From positions 1-32,000 of the forward strand of contig JAWOFX010000175.1 in the NCBI GenBank assembly GCA_046497275.1: 32,000 nt of DNA, read 5' to 3'. This stretch comes from Promethearchaeia archaeon (GTDB lineage Archaea > Asgardarchaeota > Lokiarchaeia > Sigyniarchaeales > SOKP01). The notes beneath the pieces were generated by a model that was given only the letters and a program-made list of their open reading frames with translations, was not told the DNA's origin and did no database searches. A program made the position numbers and the translations under genes. Below, piece by piece: positions 15,795 through 25,570 of this stretch (position 1 is its first letter; each line of letters opens with the position of its first letter).

Positions 15795-17219
15795 TTAGTA
15801 TTTTGGTATTAGATTTAGTATTTTATCAAAAGCTTCTACGAATTTATCATTTTCATCACATGTATGCTGGAAACACGTAAAAGCTCTATTTCCATATTTC
15901 GTAATTATTCCTTCAGACAAAAGAACCGTTGCGATATCATCAACACATTTTTTTCTGAATACGGCTTTTGGTATATTATTTGCATCTCTTATATCCATAG
16001 CAACGGGAGAGTAAGTCTCATAATGAATACATGATTTATAATTATAGGCGAAATATGGGCGTTCATGCTCTTCGAATAGTTTATTAAGTTTCTTTACTAA
16101 ATCATCCCCAGCTTTAGCTGCTTTCTCTACTGCATTAGTTTCTTCTATTAGTTTGATTGTCCAGTATGTGGCTGCTACAGAAAGAGGGTTCCCCCTAATG
16201 GTTCCCCCGATAAACGCATGTTTTCCTCCCGTTTCTACATCTCCAGTAAACAAGTCCATTATTTCTTTTCTTCCTCCAATTGCTCCTGTTGATGGGTATC
16301 CGTGTGTAAGAATCTTCCCAAACACTGTAATATCAGGTTTAACTCCAAAATAGTCTTGTGCTCCACCTAATCCCATTCTAAACCCAGTCACTACCTCGTC
16401 AAAAATTAATAAGACCTCATACTCATCGCATAATTCCCTTATTTGCTTATTAAAATCAGGTGGTATTGGGATTGATCCAGATTCTGCTCCAAGTGGTTCT
16501 ACTAAAACTGCCGCTACTCCCGCTCGTTTTTCACTATATTTCTTTAAGGCTTCTTCTAATGCATCAATATCCGCCGGAGGAATACTTACAGTGTCTTTAT
16601 AACAACCCCGAGGTATTCCATCAGCTTCCATTGTCCCTGAATAAGGAATATGGATGTCAGTCATTAATTGATCACTCCATCCATGATAAGATCCGCTAAA
16701 TTTAATAATTTTATCTTTCCCTGTATAAACGCGAGCAAGGCGTATAGCTGCCATATCTGCTTCAGTTCCCGATTGAAAATAAGTCACTTTTTCTACAGAG
16801 GGGACATGCTTCGTGAGAAGTTGGAGTGCTTTGAGTTCTATTTCAGTATTCCAGTAGGTATTCGGATCAAGATCATCTAGAAGTTTCTGCATTTCCTCCC
16901 TTAATGGGGGATATGAATGCCCTAAAATACACGCACCAGCACTCATCAAATAATCAATATATTCATTATTATCCACGTCCCACATCCTTGTACCTAAATT
17001 CTTTTTCATCGTTATTGCGAACGGATCTTTAATGACTAACTGATGTTGCGTACCCCCAGGAATCAGGTCTTTAATTTTTTCATAGATCTCACTAGATTTC
17101 GGGGCTTTTTGAGTAATTTTCTTTCTAACTTTTGACATTTCCTCTTCAGGGATACCTTTACAAGGATTTTCAGTTATAACCTTTAATCGTTTTCTAATCT
17201 CTTCATATTCCATTTTCAA
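15795..17219 (-). CDS. Class-III PLP aminotransferase (GSA-aminomutase-like, probably not true HemL)
   Basis: WDVDNNEYIDY, SGTEADMAAIRLAR, GSYHG, DEVVTGFR and FGKIL (PLP Lys). Start is TTG at 17219 or ATG at 17213. Confidence 0.88.
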   Translation of the reverse strand: MKMEYEEIRKRLKVITENPCKGIPEEEMSKVRKKITQKAPKSSEIYEKIKDLIPGGTQHQLVIKDPFAITMKKNLGTRMWDVDNNEYIDYLMSAGACILGHSYPPLREEMQKLLDDLDPNTYWNTEIELKALQLLTKHVPSVEKVTYFQSGTEADMAAIRLARVYTGKDKIIKFSGSYHGWSDQLMTDIHIPYSGTMEADGIPRGCYKDTVSIPPADIDALEEALKKYSEKRAGVAAVLVEPLGAESGSIPIPPDFNKQIRELCDEYEVLLIFDEVVTGFRMGLGGAQDYFGVKPDITVFGKILTHGYPSTGAIGGRKEIMDLFTGDVETGGKHAFIGGTIRGNPLSVAATYWTIKLIEETNAVEKAAKAGDDLVKKLNKLFEEHERPYFAYNYKSCIHYETYSPVAMDIRDANNIPKAVFRKKCVDDIATVLLSEGIITKYGNRAFTCFQHTCDENDKFVEAFDKILNLIPKY

Positions 17220-17277
17220 ATAACCTTTATTATTAATTTTTTTTAATTATTCATTTTATATTCTAAATTATATGTTT

Positions 17278-18987
17278 TTAGGAGCGTCTTATTCTCAAAT
17301 GTGAAGCTTTTGGGTCAATGACCAAGTCAATAACCATTGCTTCCTTTGAATTAAGTCCTTCTTCTATTCCAGATTTCAAATCTTTATATTTCTCTATCCT
17401 TAAAGATTTAATATCCATTCCGTTTGCAATGTTTGCAAAATTAGTATCATAAAACTTTGCTAGATCTCTGCCTTTACGTGAGAGAACGTCTTGTACGTTT
17501 CCTAAATTTCTATCATTGAATACAAAGAATGAAATCGGTAAATCATGTTCTTTGACGGTATCTAAAGCGTAAAGAACCATCAAGAAACTACTGTCCCCAA
17601 CTATGTTTATAATCTTTTTATCTTGTTTTAATAATTGAGCTGCCAGACTTGCATTGGGACCATATCCCATTCCAGCGACCCCACCAGCTCCATAAATTTG
17701 ACCCGGATATTTTGATTGAAATAATTTAGTAAACCACATACGATTATTACCTGCGTCAAGAACTAATAAATCATCTTCCGTTGTTAATTCATTGAACAAT
17801 TTTACTATACTTTCTGGTTGGATTGGATCTTCTGTATCATTGTAATGCTCACTCGTAAAAAACTCAAATTTTGGATCTTGCTTCAATTCTTTCAATTTGG
17901 ATATTCTCTCATTTACATTATAAGGAAAATAGTTAATTTTAGCCTTTATTTTATCAATGATTTTTTTTAATGCTATTTTTGCATCCGAGGTTACTGCGAT
18001 ATTTGCAGGATAAGTCCACGCGGCATTCCGCGGTTCAATATCAATATGAATAAGTTTCTGTTTTTTTACATTGATAAATTCAGGGCTACAATTATTTGTA
18101 TTATCTGGTGCCAAACAGGTTCCAACTGCTAAAATTAAATCTGCATTTTGTATTCGATTATCAGCTAATTCTTGACCAAAACTAGCCATCACTCCTAAAG
18201 CAAGGTCATGTGTTTCTGGAATAATTGCTTTTCCCATATAGGAGGTAGCGACAGGCATTCCTATTAGTTCCGCTAACTCCTTTACTTCTTCATAGGCACC
18301 AGAAGCATGCGTCCCTCTCCCACAAATCATAACTGGACTTGCAGCTGCAATCAATACATTTGCTATTTTTTCTGCATCCAAATTTGATATGCTTGGTGGA
18401 CTCACATCAAGATGACCTTCAATAGAATATAATGGTACCTCCATTTCGTCTTCTTCCACAACAGATGTCATAATATTCCACCTGGTAATCACGCATGCAG
18501 GTCCTGGACGTCCAGTAGTTGCATGTTTAATAGCCATTTGAACAGCATATGGTAATTCTTGCGGTACATTTGCGAAAGCAGTATATTTTGTCATAGACCT
18601 ATACATATTTAGCAAATCAACTGTTCCGTATTCACCAGTCCCACTCTGATAGCACGCTTGAAGACTATTCCCATGATAATCCGACATTTCTGTTAAAATT
18701 ACCATGGGAACACCAGCATGATAAGCTTCCACTATTCCTAACCCTCCATTTGTAGCCATGAATACTCCCTGTCCAATTACAATAGCAGGTTTTCGGGTAA
18801 GCCGACCATGCATGTCAGCCATAATTGATGCAGATGCCTCATGATGAGTAATAATAGTGGTGAATTGATCACTTCTTTTATAGAACTCTTCTAATAAGAA
18901 ATTTGAAACTCCTCCCGGTAGTCCAAATACGTATTTAATCCCAGCATCATACACAGTATCACAAATCATATCTATAACTCTACGCAT
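17278..18987 (-). CDS. Thiamine-diphosphate-dependent enzyme (acetolactate synthase / decarboxylase superfamily)
   Basis: FGLPGG, HHEASA (catalytic Glu), GRPGP, DLILAVGT and the ThDP motif GDSSF...N; GGAG SD upstream. Confidence 0.9.
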   Translation of the reverse strand: MRRVIDMICDTVYDAGIKYVFGLPGGVSNFLLEEFYKRSDQFTTIITHHEASASIMADMHGRLTRKPAIVIGQGVFMATNGGLGIVEAYHAGVPMVILTEMSDYHGNSLQACYQSGTGEYGTVDLLNMYRSMTKYTAFANVPQELPYAVQMAIKHATTGRPGPACVITRWNIMTSVVEEDEMEVPLYSIEGHLDVSPPSISNLDAEKIANVLIAAASPVMICGRGTHASGAYEEVKELAELIGMPVATSYMGKAIIPETHDLALGVMASFGQELADNRIQNADLILAVGTCLAPDNTNNCSPEFINVKKQKLIHIDIEPRNAAWTYPANIAVTSDAKIALKKIIDKIKAKINYFPYNVNERISKLKELKQDPKFEFFTSEHYNDTEDPIQPESIVKLFNELTTEDDLLVLDAGNNRMWFTKLFQSKYPGQIYGAGGVAGMGYGPNASLAAQLLKQDKKIINIVGDSSFLMVLYALDTVKEHDLPISFFVFNDRNLGNVQDVLSRKGRDLAKFYDTNFANIANGMDIKSLRIEKYKDLKSGIEEGLNSKEAMVIDLVIDPKASHLRIRRS

Positions 18988-19184
18988 TTTGTATCTCCTT
19001 TTTCATTAATATTAATCTATTTTAAATAGAGAATAATTCATATATATATAAAAAAATTATATTTAATTTTTTGATATAATTCTTTTAATTATTATTTTAC
19101 TTAAAATTTATTGATATAATAATATTATCTTTGTTATTCTATTAAATGAATATTTAATATAGATATTAATTGGGAAATTAAATT

Positions 19185-20825
19185 ATGAATATTTTAATCA
19201 AGAACGGATTAATTATTGATGGTACGGGGTCTGAAGGGTATAATAGCGATTTGTTAATACGAAATGATGAAATAGTTGAAATAAGTACTCAGATCACTGA
19301 TTCTCAAGCAGAAATAATAGATGCTAAGGGTCTGATTATTGCTCCAGGATTTATTGATATGCATAATCATGCAGATTTAAATATTTTCGAGGCAAATGAG
19401 GCTATAGCTTTTATAAAACAAGGACTAACCACGATAACTGCGGGGATGTGTGGAATTGGAATAGCACCTGCAAATGAAAAAGTCAAAAACTATTATTATA
19501 AGTTCGCAAGCAAGGCTTTTTGTTCAAAACCAGAATTATATGATAATTATAGATTATTATTTGAAGCTTTGGAAAAAAAAGGGATTGGAATTAATCTATG
19601 CTTTTTTATACCTCAAGGAAATATTAGAGCATGTGCGTTAGGAACGGAAAGCCGAGACCCAACTGAAAGCGAAATGGAAAAGATGAAACAAATAGTTGAG
19701 GAGAATATGAAGGCAGGAGCATTCGGAATGTCAACGGGCTTAGTTTACCCTCCAGGTTCAGAAAGCAGCACAGAAGAATTGATTGAATTATCAAAAATTG
19801 TAAGTAAATATGATGGAATTTATGACTCACATATGAGAAATGAGGGTGCTGGGATAATCGATATCGGCATGAAAGAATTAATTACTATTGCACGAGAAGC
19901 GAATGTTAAAGCACATATCTCACATTGGAGTGTGATTAGCAATTATAATATAGAGGATTTGACAAAAGAAGCTATAGATTATATGAATCAAGCTCGATCT
20001 GAAGGATTGAAAATTACAGCTGATACTACAGTATATGATGATGGATTTACCAGTTTATCGCTCGTTCTGTTACCCACATGGGTTTTTAATAATTTTGAGG
20101 AAAATCTTACAAATCCCTTAATTCGAAAACAGATTCAAGAAGAGGTGTTTGATAAACTTTATTCTATGTTTATCGCTCAAGCGCCATTTTACATTAAAAT
20201 AATTCCAAAATTCATATTAAAGAAAATCATTTTTTCGAAAATGGCTAAAAACGTATGGGTTTTAAATACCTTAAAGAACCAAGAGTTGGTAGGACAGACA
20301 GTATATGATATTCTTTCCTCTCAATATCCCTCAAAAAGCCTAGAAGATGCATTATTAGATTTTATTAAAGACCAAGAGGGAGGGATTATGATACGAATAC
20401 TTAGTAAAGATGAAGAGAAAAGTGTTATTCCTCTCTTCAAACAAGAGTATGTTGCACCCTCGTCTGATGCGATTCCCTTGACGGAGGGTAATACGCACCC
20501 AAGAACATATAATGCATTCCCTCGCGTTATAGCACGATGGGTTAAGGAAAAGAAATATCTCTCATTAGAAGAAGCTATAAGAAAAATGACTTCTTTACCA
20601 GCATCAATTTTAGGTTTAAAAGACAGAGGAATTATCAAAAAAGGATATAAAGCAGATATTGTAATTTTTGACTACGATAAAATCCAAGATAGAGGGACTA
20701 TGGAAAACGGAAAAGAATTCCCAGATGGCATAAATTATGTAATTATAAACGGAGATTTAACTATTAAACAAGAAGAATATCTAGGAAATTATCCTGGATT
20801 AATATTTAAAAATAACAAAGAATAG
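19185..20825 (+). CDS. N-acyl-D-amino-acid deacylase (D-aminoacylase) family amidohydrolase
   Basis: APGFIDMHNH, GMCG, GAFGMSTGLVYPPG, HMRNE, HISH, SSD, HPRTYNAFPR and EAIRKMTSLPA...DRG; the family's metal ligands appear intact. Confidence 0.9.
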   Translation: MNILIKNGLIIDGTGSEGYNSDLLIRNDEIVEISTQITDSQAEIIDAKGLIIAPGFIDMHNHADLNIFEANEAIAFIKQGLTTITAGMCGIGIAPANEKVKNYYYKFASKAFCSKPELYDNYRLLFEALEKKGIGINLCFFIPQGNIRACALGTESRDPTESEMEKMKQIVEENMKAGAFGMSTGLVYPPGSESSTEELIELSKIVSKYDGIYDSHMRNEGAGIIDIGMKELITIAREANVKAHISHWSVISNYNIEDLTKEAIDYMNQARSEGLKITADTTVYDDGFTSLSLVLLPTWVFNNFEENLTNPLIRKQIQEEVFDKLYSMFIAQAPFYIKIIPKFILKKIIFSKMAKNVWVLNTLKNQELVGQTVYDILSSQYPSKSLEDALLDFIKDQEGGIMIRILSKDEEKSVIPLFKQEYVAPSSDAIPLTEGNTHPRTYNAFPRVIARWVKEKKYLSLEEAIRKMTSLPASILGLKDRGIIKKGYKADIVIFDYDKIQDRGTMENGKEFPDGINYVIINGDLTIKQEEYLGNYPGLIFKNNKE

Positions 20826-20913
20826 ATCTTATATTTAAGCGAAAGAGAACATCAGATTGAAATCTTTAAATATTAAATAAGCATCTTATTTTATATCAAA
20901 AAAAGTGAGATAT

Positions 20914-22128
20914 ATGAAAGCATTATATTTTGAGATTCCTAGATATTTAGAACTTAAACAGAAAATAATTCAAGATCCTACTTTCAATGTGAAAGCATAT
21001 GATTTAGTAGAATATTCAGAAAATTTTGAGGAACCAGAATTAATAAACGAGAATTGGATTAAAATAAAAGTAAAGCTAGGTGGAATTTGCGGAACAGACA
21101 TGCATACTATGAACATACAACAATCAATGGCACTTTCACCGTTTTCTTCATTTCCTGCAGTGCCTGGTCATGAAATTGTTGGGGAGATCGTAGAGATTGG
21201 AAAAAATGTTGACAATCTTCAAATAGGGGATAGAGTTATTTGCGATACCAATCTTTGCTGCGAGGTTAGAGGTTTAGAGCCATGTCCTCAATGTCTTGCT
21301 GGAGATTATAATCTATGTGCAAACCTCGATAAAGGGGATATTTCACCTGGAATAACTTTTGGGTATTGTAAGGATACAGGTGGAGGTTGGGGTGAATATG
21401 TTATTGCGCATCATAATTATGTCTATAAATTACCTGAGAATTTAACGTGGAAACAGGCTTTAATTGCTGAACCGGTTTCTTGTGCTCTCCATGGAATTTT
21501 AAAACATAAACCAGAAGAAAATGATACCTGTGTCGTGATAGGATGTGGAACGATTGGATTGTCTGTGATAACTACATTAAAAGCTTTAGGTGCGAATAGA
21601 ATATATGCGACTGCGCGTTATGATTTTCAAGGGGAACTTGCAAAGAAACTCGGTGCTGATGAAGTTTTTATCACTAAAAAAGATCTACATATTAAGAAAC
21701 TTGCACGAAAATTGGACTCGAGGATTTTATCACCCCCATTGGAAGCTGCCTATCCAATAGGAGGAGGAGGTGATATAGTTTATGATTCAGTTGGAAATGC
21801 CAGTTCTATCGAAGATTCTCTAAGATTAGTTAAAACGAAGGGAATTCTCCTTCTGATTGGTTATCCTAGTAATATTGAAGTTGATTGGACACCTTTAATT
21901 TCAAAGGAAGTATCAATCATCTCTTCAAATATTTTTGGCCATGAAATATTTGAGGGTGAGAGAAAGCGAACTATGGAGATTGCCTTAGATCTTATTTCCT
22001 CTCAGAAAGTAAACGTTGATCCGTTTGTCACTCACAGCTTAAGTTTAGAAAATTATAAGCAAGCTTTAGAAATAGCAAATAATAAGAGTCAGTATGAAGC
22101 AGTGAAAGTTGCCTTCGAATATGAGTGA
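20914..22128 (+). CDS. Zinc-dependent medium-chain alcohol dehydrogenase (threonine/sorbitol DH-like)
   Basis: GICGTD, GHE, structural Zn motif C...CPQC......C, and GCGTIG. ATG at 20914 preferred over GTG at 20905. Confidence 0.88.
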   Translation: MKALYFEIPRYLELKQKIIQDPTFNVKAYDLVEYSENFEEPELINENWIKIKVKLGGICGTDMHTMNIQQSMALSPFSSFPAVPGHEIVGEIVEIGKNVDNLQIGDRVICDTNLCCEVRGLEPCPQCLAGDYNLCANLDKGDISPGITFGYCKDTGGGWGEYVIAHHNYVYKLPENLTWKQALIAEPVSCALHGILKHKPEENDTCVVIGCGTIGLSVITTLKALGANRIYATARYDFQGELAKKLGADEVFITKKDLHIKKLARKLDSRILSPPLEAAYPIGGGGDIVYDSVGNASSIEDSLRLVKTKGILLLIGYPSNIEVDWTPLISKEVSIISSNIFGHEIFEGERKRTMEIALDLISSQKVNVDPFVTHSLSLENYKQALEIANNKSQYEAVKVAFEYE

Positions 22129-22320
22129 AGAGAACATATTTTTCGTAATGTTCAACTAATTCATTTGCATTTATTTTATTTGAGAATCCTTATCCTCTAA
22201 ATTTTTTATCTTATAGAAATTTTAATAGATCAATTTATTAGAAAAATTTAATAAATGTTTGAACTAAATTTCTTATATAAATTATTTTTTAACAAAAAAA
22301 AAAAAATTGGTTTAGATAAT

Positions 22321-23766
22321 ATGAGTGATGTAAAAGAATCACAGGAATTTAAGTATTCATTTGGAGTTCATGCAAGTTATGGATTAGGGGGGTTTCTAGA
22401 CAATTTCATTCAAGCGGCGTTTACAACGAGGCTATTTTACTATTATCTGGTTGTCTTAAATCTTGATTTCCTTTATTTAGGTATTGCCTACGGTATATTT
22501 GGCGTTTGGAACATGGTAAACGACGTTGTACTCGGCAATTTATCCGATAGGAAATATAAATGGACTAGCAAATGGGGAAGACGATTTCCATGGTTTACAT
22601 TTGGAATTTTGACCTACGCTGTATCATATTGGGCTTTATTTGCTGCTCCTTTTGCGTCTGGTGCCACTCAACAACTTGGAAAATTCTTATGGTGTTTAAT
22701 TACCTTAATCGTGTTTGAACTCTTATTTTCCCTGTGGCAAATTAATTGGCTTTCTATCTTTCCAGATAAATATCGAACAACCAGAGAAAGAAATAGAATT
22801 GGTGTATGGACAACAATTTGGGGGGTGTTAGGAATAGTTTTAGGTGTTCTTATTCCTCCATTAGTAATGACAGATTATCTACCTAAATTTGACTATTTAC
22901 TCTCCGGATTGGTTGTTGCAATCGTCACCTTAGTGGCAGCCGTCGCATCTATTCCTGGAATGCGTGAGGATAAAGAATTAATAGACAGACAACTTGATAT
23001 TTTAGAGAGAAAAGAAGAGAAGGAAAAGGAATCGTTTGTTCAGATTCTGAAATCTTGTTTGGGTGATAAAAATTTTCTAGCCTACGTTCTAACATATATG
23101 GGTCATCAAGTAATGACTGTATTCTTATTAGGTCTCTTGCCTTTCTGGAATACAGTTGTAATTGGTTCAAGTGATCCAGATACCGAGCTCGTGATGGGTA
23201 TTTTCTTTTTAATAGCGGTACTTGCAGGAACACCATTCTGGAGTTTTATTGGCAGAAAATTAGGGAACAAAAAAGCATTTATATTAGGCACATTCATAAC
23301 AACATGGTTATTTATACCCTTATGGTTTGTTGGAGTGGGACCTCTTGTTGGAGATTTAGCATTATATTTTACTGCTATTATCCTCGCCTTAATAGGTTTT
23401 GGAATAGGAGCTATTTGGACTCTAATGTATCCTTGCTTTTCCGATGTAATGGATAATATAGTTGTAAGATCAGAGGAACGAAAAGAGGGAGCTTATACTG
23501 GGATTAGAACATTTTTTGGAAGGTTTTCATTTGTTCTTCAAGCGTTATTCTTCTCTTTAATTCTTTGGGGAACTGGTTTCAATCCATATGTTCTTGATCC
23601 AACTGATCCGCAACCAGCAAGTGCGTTAATTGGACTTCGAGTCTTATTTTCATTGATACCACAAATTTTCTATTTCATTGGATTCTTGCTAATGTGGAAA
23701 GTCTATGACTTAGATATGGCTTGTGTAGCCAAGAATAGAGAATTGTTAGAACAAAAAATCTTATAA
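22321..23766 (+). CDS. MFS transporter, glycoside-pentoside-hexuronide (MelB-like) family
   Basis: About 12 hydrophobic segments; WNMVND...GNLSDR, WGRRFPW, ERKEGAYTG. ATG at 22321 preferred over 22255, whose extension crosses an A13 run. Confidence 0.88.
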   Translation: MSDVKESQEFKYSFGVHASYGLGGFLDNFIQAAFTTRLFYYYLVVLNLDFLYLGIAYGIFGVWNMVNDVVLGNLSDRKYKWTSKWGRRFPWFTFGILTYAVSYWALFAAPFASGATQQLGKFLWCLITLIVFELLFSLWQINWLSIFPDKYRTTRERNRIGVWTTIWGVLGIVLGVLIPPLVMTDYLPKFDYLLSGLVVAIVTLVAAVASIPGMREDKELIDRQLDILERKEEKEKESFVQILKSCLGDKNFLAYVLTYMGHQVMTVFLLGLLPFWNTVVIGSSDPDTELVMGIFFLIAVLAGTPFWSFIGRKLGNKKAFILGTFITTWLFIPLWFVGVGPLVGDLALYFTAIILALIGFGIGAIWTLMYPCFSDVMDNIVVRSEERKEGAYTGIRTFFGRFSFVLQALFFSLILWGTGFNPYVLDPTDPQPASALIGLRVLFSLIPQIFYFIGFLLMWKVYDLDMACVAKNRELLEQKIL

Positions 23767-23778
23767 TAAAATTTCCAT

Positions 23779-23834
23779 CTTTTTTTTATTTTTTATATCT
23801 AGTTGTGAAAATTAAGTGTAAAATAAAAAAAAGA
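23779..23834. terminator. Probable bidirectional T-rich terminator between convergent MFS and ridA genes
   Basis: T tract 23781-23792 on + and its mirror A tract 23820-23831 (T tract on -). Confidence 0.45.
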
Positions 23835-23846
23835 GTATAGATTTAG

Positions 23847-24227
23847 TTAGAGCATTGCGATTACATCAATTTCTAGTTTCATTATAGCTACAGGTAAGTC
23901 TGCCACTTCTATGGTGGTTCTTGCGGGATAAGCATCTTCTACTCCATTTTCATTAAAGAATTTCTTATATGCGCGATTCATTTTTCCAAAATTCCCCATA
24001 TCGTTTAAATAGACGGTTACTTTTACGATATCGGATACTTTTGCTCCCGCCGCTTCCAAGATGGTTTTAATATTTTCAAAGGTAGATAATGTTTGATCTT
24101 TTATATCATCAGATCCCGGTTTTGGTCCTTGCCCAGATACAAAAATAAGATTGCCAACTTTAATTGCAGGACTATATGGGCCGGCAGTTGCGGAATCTGG
24201 TGGCTTAATGATTTCTTTTTCAACCAT
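23847..24227 (-). CDS. ridA: RidA/YjgF family enamine/imine deaminase
   Basis: GPYSPAIKVGNLIFVSGQ, VKVTVYLNDM, PART (catalytic Arg) and LEIDVIA. Confidence 0.92.
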   Translation of the reverse strand: MVEKEIIKPPDSATAGPYSPAIKVGNLIFVSGQGPKPGSDDIKDQTLSTFENIKTILEAAGAKVSDIVKVTVYLNDMGNFGKMNRAYKKFFNENGVEDAYPARTTIEVADLPVAIMKLEIDVIAML

Positions 24228-24249
24228 ATTTATATATCACTTTTTTTAT

Positions 24250-25335
24250 TTAATAATTTTTACCTCGTGCTAGGATCGGCCATTTTCCTATATATTCTCC
24301 ATTTTTGACCACGTGAATATAATCGTGAATATTTACGGTTGGGCATATATGTGCGGGAATAAGTTCCACTTTATCACCAATCTCCAATTGATCTTTGGAA
24401 CTTGCCTTAAATTGACTATGTTCCTCAGTTATTACTCTAAAATTTGCTCTTTGCAATCCTTTAAATTCAGGTCTTCCATCTCCAGTGGAGAATGCTTTTA
24501 TGCCAGCATCTAGAGTATAGAGCCGTTTGCCAGTGTTACTTTGGACTGTCCCTAGGACCGTCACAGCGGTTTCAAATTCAGGAACCACTCTCTTAATATG
24601 TTCGTCTCCAAATATATATGTACCAGGTTGGATTTCAGTTATCCCATCCACTTTAGCAGAAAACATAAAAGTTCCCGAACCTGAAGCACTTAAATAATCT
24701 ATATTAAACCCATTTTTGTTTATCAAATCCCGGGTTGCAACTAATTCGTGCATCGCTTCTTCAGTTTGTTCTTTTCTCAAATCATAATCAGTTTGTGGGG
24801 TGAGATGTCCCTCATATCCTTGAAGTCCGACAAGTCTCAATCTTGGTTGACTTTTAATAAAGTTTGCTAATTCTAGCGCAGGTTCTCCCGATTTTACACC
24901 CGTTCTTCCCATTCCTAAATCAATATCTATTAAGACTTCTAATTCTACATTTGATTTTTTTGCCCATTGACTTAGATCTGATATATTCTTTTTCGAATCA
25001 ACAACACAGCGAGTTAATGTATATTTATTGAGTTTCATTAATCGTTGAATATGATTAGGAACAATTACTTGATTGGCAATTAAAAGATCATCAAACCCAC
25101 CTTGGGCGTAAACTTCAGCTTCTCCTACTTTTGCAACGGCAATCCCTTTCGCGGCTGATCCTGCGATTCTTATTTGTATATGAGCGACTAATGGGATTTT
25201 CGCAGTTTTTACATGTTGTCGTAAATTTACACCAGTTCCTTTGACAAACTCTGCCATGTATCTCATATTTTTTTCCATTTTATCATAATTTAGCACGAGA
25301 GCAGGAGTGGGGATTTCTTTTTTCCAATTTTCCAA
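24250..25335 (-). CDS. DSD1-family fold-type-III PLP enzyme (D-serine / hydroxy-D-amino-acid dehydratase-like)
   Basis: TPAL, RQHVKTAK (PLP Lys), GRTGV, GYEGH, EIQPGTYIF, DAG.K, TEEH and PAHICPTVN. TTG start with an AGGT SD. Confidence 0.82.
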   Translation of the reverse strand: MENWKKEIPTPALVLNYDKMEKNMRYMAEFVKGTGVNLRQHVKTAKIPLVAHIQIRIAGSAAKGIAVAKVGEAEVYAQGGFDDLLIANQVIVPNHIQRLMKLNKYTLTRCVVDSKKNISDLSQWAKKSNVELEVLIDIDLGMGRTGVKSGEPALELANFIKSQPRLRLVGLQGYEGHLTPQTDYDLRKEQTEEAMHELVATRDLINKNGFNIDYLSASGSGTFMFSAKVDGITEIQPGTYIFGDEHIKRVVPEFETAVTVLGTVQSNTGKRLYTLDAGIKAFSTGDGRPEFKGLQRANFRVITEEHSQFKASSKDQLEIGDKVELIPAHICPTVNIHDYIHVVKNGEYIGKWPILARGKNY

Positions 25336-25570
25336 ATTCTATTACCTTTTTTCATTAAAATCGATTAGTATATTTTGATAAAATCTAAATTTATAATTAA
25401 AATTATTGATAAAAGTTCTAGATAATTTTTTTTACATATTGGAATGCAATGAATTCAAAATGTTTCAATTGAATCCAGATAAAATAGTTTTTTTAAAATA
25501 TCTCCTCTTGAAATAATTTATAATCTTAGATTAATTCACTACTAATAACTATAAAGTTGGGAATTATACT

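Noticed and set aside
15795-17219. Calling the aminotransferase hemL
   Set aside because: It lacks the NSPVR substrate motif as I recall it, and there are no tetrapyrrole genes nearby.
11115-18987. Organosulfonate degradation island (SuyAB, taurine aminotransferase, Xsc)
   Set aside because: The gene types fit superficially, but the dehydratase has UxaA/GarD-type Cys motifs rather than the SuyB motifs I recall, the aminotransferase is GSAM-like, and no sulfite exporter or phosphotransacetylase is present.
22255-22320. N-terminal extension of the GPH transporter across an A13 run (22294-22306)
   Set aside because: It looks like AT-rich leader or promoter sequence; ATG at 22321 gives a normal family N-terminus.
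24250-25335. Calling the fold-III enzyme alanine racemase or D-threonine aldolase
   Set aside because: The HxC metal motif and RidA linkage favour a dehydratase-type DSD1 member; left without a gene symbol.
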